Shown here one piece after another: positions 35,939 to 40,018 of a DNA stretch of 40,018 nt (the first letter of the stretch is position 1; each line of letters opens with the position of its first letter). Made by a program: the position numbers and the translations under genes. The stretch is taken from assembly GCA_964203095.1 (NCBI GenBank), contig CAXNNN010000001.1, forward strand, positions 1-40,018, written 5' to 3'. The notes under the pieces were generated by a model that worked only from the letters and a program-made list of their open reading frames with translations, did not search any database and was not told the origin of the DNA. This stretch comes from Verrucomicrobiaceae bacterium. Its GTDB lineage: Bacteria; Verrucomicrobiota; Verrucomicrobiia; Verrucomicrobiales; Verrucomicrobiaceae.

Positions 35939-37098
35939 TATTGCTTTCGACCAGCGACGACTTCCAAGGTGGTGTCCTGAATCTTGCTGTCGATGCCCCG
36001 CAATTCCTTGTACAGAAAGCGCTTCACGGTGTCGTCTAGGTCTTTGGATGCGAAACCGTGACCGCCATTTTGCATGGTCAGTAGCACCGAAGAAACGCCC
36101 GCTTTTTTTAGTATTTCGTGCAATTCAGTCGCCTGAGCGAAAGGCACTAGCGGGTCTTTGGTGCCATGTGCGGTGAGGAAAGGCGGGTCGTCTTTGCTAA
36201 TGTAAGTCACGGGCGAGGCGTGCTTTGCCGCATCCGGCACATCCTGCACGCGCCCGCCGATCAATAGAGCCTCGGGATAGTCTGGCATCGTGCGATCGAC
36301 CGTGCTCGATTGTGTGACCATGGTGAGGAAGTTCTCCGGCCCGTAGTAGTTGATCACCGCCTGCACGCGGCTGCTTTGATCCGTGAACGTGCCTAGCTGG
36401 CCCTCCAGTTCCTTCACGTCGCCACTAGTGCCGAGCATGCTGACCAAGTGCCCGCCTGCTGAACTGCCCCACACGGCGATGTGCTGCGCATCCAGCCCAT
36501 ATTCCTTCGCGTTCGCCCGCACCCAGCGGATGGCCGCTTTGCAGTCATGAATCTGCGCGGGCCACTGCGCTTCATTGGTCAGGCGGTAGCCGACCGACAC
36601 ACCCGCATAGTCACCGCTGCTCACGTAGGGGGCGATGTTGCGGAGCCCACTCGCCTTGTCGCCCGCCTTCCAGCCACCCCCATGAATGAACACCACGACG
36701 GGCAGCGGCTTGTCATCGTTGCGCTTCTTTGGCAGGTAAAGATCGAGCTTTTGGCGTGGATTTTCCGTGCCTACGTAAGGGATGTCGCGTTTGGCTTCGA
36801 TGCCCTCAGGCACCACATTCGACAGCGGTTTGGGTCCTGGCAAGGCAGGCCTCCCACCCATCGCAGCGAGGTGCTCAGTAAGTGAAATGCGCCCATCGCC
36901 ATCTTTATCCAAACGCTTCACCACAGCACGTCGCTGCAGCGGCAGTTCATCGGTAACGATGAATCCGTCGGCGTTTTTGTCGAGCCGCTTAAACAGCGCT
37001 TCCGGACCGGGTGTGCCTGCCTTGCCCGCGTTCGGGTTCTGTTGGGCGTGGGCGGGAGCAAGGCTGAGGGCAAGCGCAAGAACGGCAAATCTTTTCAT
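35938..37098 (-). CDS. secreted alpha/beta hydrolase (esterase) with an N-terminal EF-hand pair
   Basis: ORF 35938..37185, start moved to ATG 37098 (MKRFAVLALALSLAPAHA). EF-hand loops LDKNADGFIVTDEL and LDKDGDGRISLTEHL. Oxyanion motif FIHGGGW and nucleophile elbow GSSAGGH. Confidence 0.8.
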   Translation of the reverse strand: MKRFAVLALALSLAPAHAQQNPNAGKAGTPGPEALFKRLDKNADGFIVTDELPLQRRAVVKRLDKDGDGRISLTEHLAAMGGRPALPGPKPLSNVVPEGIEAKRDIPYVGTENPRQKLDLYLPKKRNDDKPLPVVVFIHGGGWKAGDKASGLRNIAPYVSSGDYAGVSVGYRLTNEAQWPAQIHDCKAAIRWVRANAKEYGLDAQHIAVWGSSAGGHLVSMLGTSGDVKELEGQLGTFTDQSSRVQAVINYYGPENFLTMVTQSSTVDRTMPDYPEALLIGGRVQDVPDAAKHASPVTYISKDDPPFLTAHGTKDPLVPFAQATELHEILKKAGVSSVLLTMQNGGHGFASKDLDDTVKRFLYKELRGIDSKIQDTTLEVVAGRKQ

Positions 37099-37214
37099 GG
37101 GTTGCATTAGAACGTTCAGGGGTTCATGAAGTTGCTCTTTCGCAACTTTCCAAAATCCTCTTGCGCAATGCCATCCACCCGGCATAATACGCGCCTCGTT
37201 TTCGACAACGAAAT

Positions 37215-37290
37215 GGCTCGGTAGCTCAGTTGGTAGAGCATGGGATTGAAGATCCTAGTGTCGGCGGTTCGACCCCGTCCCGAGCCACCA
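37215..37290 (+). tRNA. tRNA-Phe (anticodon GAA), CCA encoded
   Basis: Hand-folded cloverleaf: acceptor GGCTCGG/CCGAGCC, D arm GCTC-AGTTGGTA-GAGC, anticodon stem TGGGA/TCCTA with loop TTGAAGA, variable loop GTGTC, T arm GGCGG-TTCGACC-CCGTC, discriminator A, then CCA. Confidence 0.9.
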
Positions 37291-37335
37291 CCTCAGGCCC
37301 TTATAAATCGAGGGTTCAGAGGATTGGTGGCTAAA

Positions 37336-37380
37336 TGACAGTCTCAATAGCGATTGTCAGGAATTGACAGAAAATGTCAG
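37336..37380 (+). repeat. four AWTGWCAG direct repeats, the last three at exact 10-bp spacing
   Basis: TGACAG at 37336, TGTCAG at 37355, TGACAG at 37365 and TGTCAG at 37375, each preceded by A/T. They begin 46 bp after the tRNA. Confidence 0.6.
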
Positions 37381-37855
37381 TTTTGCCCCCTTAACTGGCA
37401 ACGGACTTTCAAGGCAGACCGCGCCATTGCCCGAACTTTCCCCGGCTCCGAACCCATCCAAAGGGCCACCGAATGGCTTCACATCCGATGAAGTTGGCAG
37501 CGATCAGGTATGCACCCTTTTCACGTTCCTACAGCCGTCGCAGGCAATGGGCGCTCTCAGTTGGGTCACAGCTTTTTATGGTGCTCCACTGAGAGTTGGT
37601 GAGGTGCCGGTGCAGGGTGAGAGTCCGCATTGGTCCCGGTGACGATGCAGACCAAAGGGCCTGCAATCCACAGGAGGGGGCGGAAACCTTCGCAGACGCA
37701 TTCCCACAACGGGCCAGCATCGCTGCCCCGCAGTCTTGGCGACTGTTTCTCGTCGCGCTGCACATCGTTGCTAACCGTTTCCGAAAAAAGGAAAGCCCCC
37801 TGCGCTGCGTGTCGCTGTCCGTTGCACTCGTCATGTCCTGCGCTTTGCTTTCTCC

Positions 37856-38605
37856 ATGTGCGGACGCTACACGCTGGAGGAGGTCATAAGAGTCTTAGAC
37901 CGTATCGCACCGGGCAGGCACGCCGCCATTCTCCGCGAATGGGACCGCAAGTATCCGAACATTCCTCCTGGCACCGTGGTGCCCATCATTCGGCGGGCGA
38001 AAGGCGCACAAGAAAACGAAGCAACGACGGCCCTATGGAAGCTCGTTCCCCCGTGGGCGCGTGATCCGAAGCAAGTCAGCTATGCGACGATCAATGCACG
38101 TTCCGAGTCGGTGCGCGAGAAACCTAGCTTTAGCCACGCTTGGCAGCAGGGGCAGCGCTGCCTCATTCCTGCTTCTGGCTGGTATGAGTTCCCAGAGGTG
38201 AGCAAAGGCAAAAAGCAGCCCGTCTATTTCTCGCTCCCTGACAAACAGCCCTTCTGTTTCGCGGGCATCTGGGAGCACTGGCAGCGTCCAGTCGGCGAGC
38301 ATGAAGAAATCACCTCCATGGCGATTCTGACCTGTGAACCGAATGCGACCGTTGCTCGATACCATGATCGAATGCCCGTGATGGTGGCCCCTGAAAACTA
38401 TCAGGCTTGGCTTGATCCTGAGAGCGATGTGAATGCCGCCTATCAGTTGCTCTATCCCGCCTCACAAACGCTGCCGCTGACCGTCTGGCCCGTAACGCCT
38501 CGCGTCGGAAACGTCCGCTATCAAGCCGACGACTGCACGACGCCAATTACGCCCGAGCCCATGAAATCCGAGCCTCCGAAGCCGCAGCAGTTGGACCTCT
38601 TCTAG
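37856..38605 (+). CDS. SOS-response-associated peptidase (SRAP / YedK-like)
   Basis: N-terminal MCGRYT with the catalytic Cys at position 2, ..TINARSE.., and the WYEF..K.P pattern. 249 aa. Confidence 0.85.
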   Translation: MCGRYTLEEVIRVLDRIAPGRHAAILREWDRKYPNIPPGTVVPIIRRAKGAQENEATTALWKLVPPWARDPKQVSYATINARSESVREKPSFSHAWQQGQRCLIPASGWYEFPEVSKGKKQPVYFSLPDKQPFCFAGIWEHWQRPVGEHEEITSMAILTCEPNATVARYHDRMPVMVAPENYQAWLDPESDVNAAYQLLYPASQTLPLTVWPVTPRVGNVRYQADDCTTPITPEPMKSEPPKPQQLDLF

Positions 38606-38662
38606 CCAAAAGGCGCACTCTCCCGCCCGAATTTGCGCCTGCTGAAAGCGAACAGTTGAAAC

Positions 38663-38676
38663 TGTTCACGCGAACA
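38663..38676. promoter_or_regulatory. candidate LexA operator TGTTC-ACGC-GAACA
   Basis: Perfect palindromic half-sites 15 bp upstream of the S24-peptidase ATG. This matches the TGTTC-N4-GAACA LexA-binding consensus that, as I recall, was reported for Verrucomicrobia. A third half-site, GAACA, lies at 38650-38654. Confidence 0.6.
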
Positions 38677-38690
38677 GTATTGGTTGAGCC

Positions 38691-39143
38691 ATGCTCACTC
38701 TCTGTCGTCCCCCATCGCTCACTCTCCTTTGGCTCTCCGAGGCGCATTCCTGGCTGAAGCATCGGGTGCCCCTGCTGGGCAGCATCATGGCGGGCATTCC
38801 GCAGTTTGAGGAAGAGCGCTCGGAGGCGTGCATCGAGATTGACCCATCTACCCTACGCCTGCCCAAGAACGCCCGCACGTTCGCTTTGAAGGTGCGTGGC
38901 GACTCCATGCACCATGCGGGCATTCGAGCGGGTGACTTCGTCGTCGTGGAGTTTCGGCAGGCGAAGCATGGCGACATCGTCGCCGCGCTGATCGACGGCG
39001 AAACCACGCTCAAGCGCTTCATCCTTCAGGGCGGGGTGCCTTACCTGCGCGCTGCTAACCCACGGTATCCCGACCTGATCCCGGCGCGTGAGCTGGTCAT
39101 TCAGGGCGTGATGATCGCACTGCTCCGACTCACGGAACGATGA
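38691..39143 (+). CDS. LexA/UmuD-family S24 peptidase without a DNA-binding domain (UmuD-like)
   Basis: Ala-Gly cleavage-type site in PLLGSIMAGIP, Ser motif RGDSM, and Lys motif GETTLKRF. At 150 aa it is too short to include a LexA winged-helix domain. Confidence 0.8.
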   Translation: MLTLCRPPSLTLLWLSEAHSWLKHRVPLLGSIMAGIPQFEEERSEACIEIDPSTLRLPKNARTFALKVRGDSMHHAGIRAGDFVVVEFRQAKHGDIVAALIDGETTLKRFILQGGVPYLRAANPRYPDLIPARELVIQGVMIALLRLTER

Positions 39144-39149
39144 GGCACC

Positions 39150-39350
39150 ATGATTCTGCACTTCGATGCGGACGCCTTCTTCGCCAGTGCGGAGCAGGCG
39201 GCTGATAAGAGCCTGCGCGGTCGTCCTGTCGCCGTCGGGGGAGAGTGGCGTGGCATCATCGCCTCTGCCAGCTACGAGGCGCGCAAGCTCTGCCCTGGCT
39301 TGATTGTACTCCCTGTCATTTCGACCTCTATAAGCGGCTGGCTAGGCGTG
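39150..39350 (+). pseudogene. N-terminal fragment of a DinB-like Y-family DNA polymerase
   Basis: [55 protein letters not shown]. About 14 conserved codons are missing between ARK and LCP compared with my recollection of E. coli DinB. A frameshift precedes ..[11 protein letters not shown], and similarity is lost about 25 bp before the convergent helicase stop. The rest of track ORF 39150..39704 is antisense to the helicase gene. Confidence 0.7.
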
Positions 39351-39374
39351 GCCTACCTGTTACTCAGGCCAGCA

Positions 39375-40018
39375 CTAAATGCTAAGGTCGTCCAGGAACT
39401 CAGATGCAGGCTCCACACTGGTTACAAGCAGATGGTCCCTTGCGCGCGTGCAGGCCACGTAGAGAAGCTGGCGCTCGGTGTCATAGACCTCTTGCAGGTC
39501 AGCATCATCGCCCACGGTCTCGATGCGCTCTTGAAGCGGGATGATCTCATCGTCGCAGGCCATCACGACCACGCAGCGGAACTCCAGCCCCTTCGCCAAG
39601 TGCATGGTGGTGATGGAGACATGCCCGGTCTGAGTCTCCACATGCTCGTCGAGCACCTTCCACGAAAGACCGGCTTCATCGGCGGCAGCTTGAGCGCGTT
39701 CTAGCTCGGCGTCCGAGCGCACAAAGACGCCCATCTCATGCGGTAGCACGCCTCTCTTGGATTGATCGGCAAGCCAGCGGGCAACGGCCTTGCACTCATC
39801 GGCCTCAGTCTTGAAAGATTGAATCTTGGGCGGTGGACCATTGAAGACAGAAACCGTGTCGCTTCGGTCCTCCTTGTTGCCGTCCACGTCGAACACTTCC
39901 GGGCCAAGCAGTCGGTCGGCTTGCATTCGGATTTGATGAGAGGTCCGGTAGTTCACCCGCAGGTTGCGAGAGCGTCCGCGAATGTCCACGCCGAGGGATT
40001 TCCAGGAGAAGGGCTGCT
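39375..40018 (-). CDS. UvrD/Rep-type superfamily-1 helicase, C-terminal part only (continues past the right edge)
   Basis: [25 protein letters not shown] and [15 protein letters not shown] are the late SF1 helicase motifs. The frame is open to the window end. Confidence 0.8.
   Translation of the reverse strand, partial: QPFSWKSLGVDIRGRSRNLRVNYRTSHQIRMQADRLLGPEVFDVDGNKEDRSDTVSVFNGPPPKIQSFKTEADECKAVARWLADQSKRGVLPHEMGVFVRSDAELERAQAAADEAGLSWKVLDEHVETQTGHVSITTMHLAKGLEFRCVVVMACDDEIIPLQERIETVGDDADLQEVYDTERQLLYVACTRARDHLLVTSVEPASEFLDDLSI

Noticed and set aside
37364-37834. ORFs of 65-101 aa after the tRNA (37364..37642 +, 37529..37834 -, 37566..37763 -) as an integrase or excisionase remnant.
   Set aside because: I translated all frames by eye. 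A weak ..TLTLHRHLTNS.. resemblance to the integrase HxxR region is not supported by any other tyrosine-recombinase motif.
39320-39326. TTCGACC downstream of the tRNA as a possible attR copy of the tRNA-Phe 3' end.
   Set aside because: Only 7 nt match. In the shifted frame they encode the conserved FDLY motif of the polymerase remnant, so the match is coincidental.
39351-39704. The remainder of track ORF 39150..39704 as a real 184-aa protein.
   Set aside because: Beyond about codon 65 it is antisense to the clearly recognisable helicase gene and has no polymerase similarity.
1-40018. CRISPR arrays, additional tRNA/rRNA genes, reverse transcriptase or retron-like elements.
   Set aside because: Reading through the window I found no regularly spaced direct repeats of CRISPR size, no second cloverleaf (the T-loop GGTTCGA motif occurs only in tRNA-Phe), and no RT motifs in any listed ORF.

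Overview
GC-rich bacterial chromosomal segment. The gene content looks Verrucomicrobia/PVC-like, which is an inference from four things: a Tat-signal DUF1501 protein, Calx-beta/Ig and FG-GAP giant exoproteins, sigma-54, and a perfect TGTTC-N4-GAACA operator.

There are about 35 protein genes:
- Left side, envelope and secreted proteins: a Calx-beta protein, rhodanese, DUF1501, an alpha/beta hydrolase, HtrA, and an FG-GAP propeller followed by a tandem pseudokinase.
- Middle, a housekeeping core: GT9 glycosyltransferase, adk, fmt, pdxH, hpt, moaD, a GNAT fusion and rlmN.
- Right side: a usp / PAS-kinase / NarL / AraC block, an EVE-SDR pair, a SWIM protein, an ArfB-like factor, rpoN, an EF-hand esterase and tRNA-Phe.

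Four loci are visibly decaying: an IS630-family element with a broken transposase, a TetR/efflux-lipoprotein stub abutting it, a wecB pseudogene, and a Y-family polymerase fragment.

I see no CRISPR array, reverse transcriptase or complete recognisable defence system.

The observations most worth a second look are:
1. The tRNA-Phe neighbourhood. A near-copy of the tRNA 3' end lies 1.3 kb upstream and phased TGWCAG repeats lie just downstream. Next comes an SRAP / S24-peptidase / Y-polymerase cassette behind a LexA-type operator. Its polymerase is truncated against a convergent UvrD-like helicase that runs off the window.
2. A family of heptamer-periodic palindromic intergenic elements.
3. The FG-GAP propeller - tandem pseudokinase - HtrA gene string.
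4. A translationally coupled EVE-SDR pair behind a structured leader.

None of these is shown to be a new system. All functional calls rest on motif recognition by eye, with no database search.
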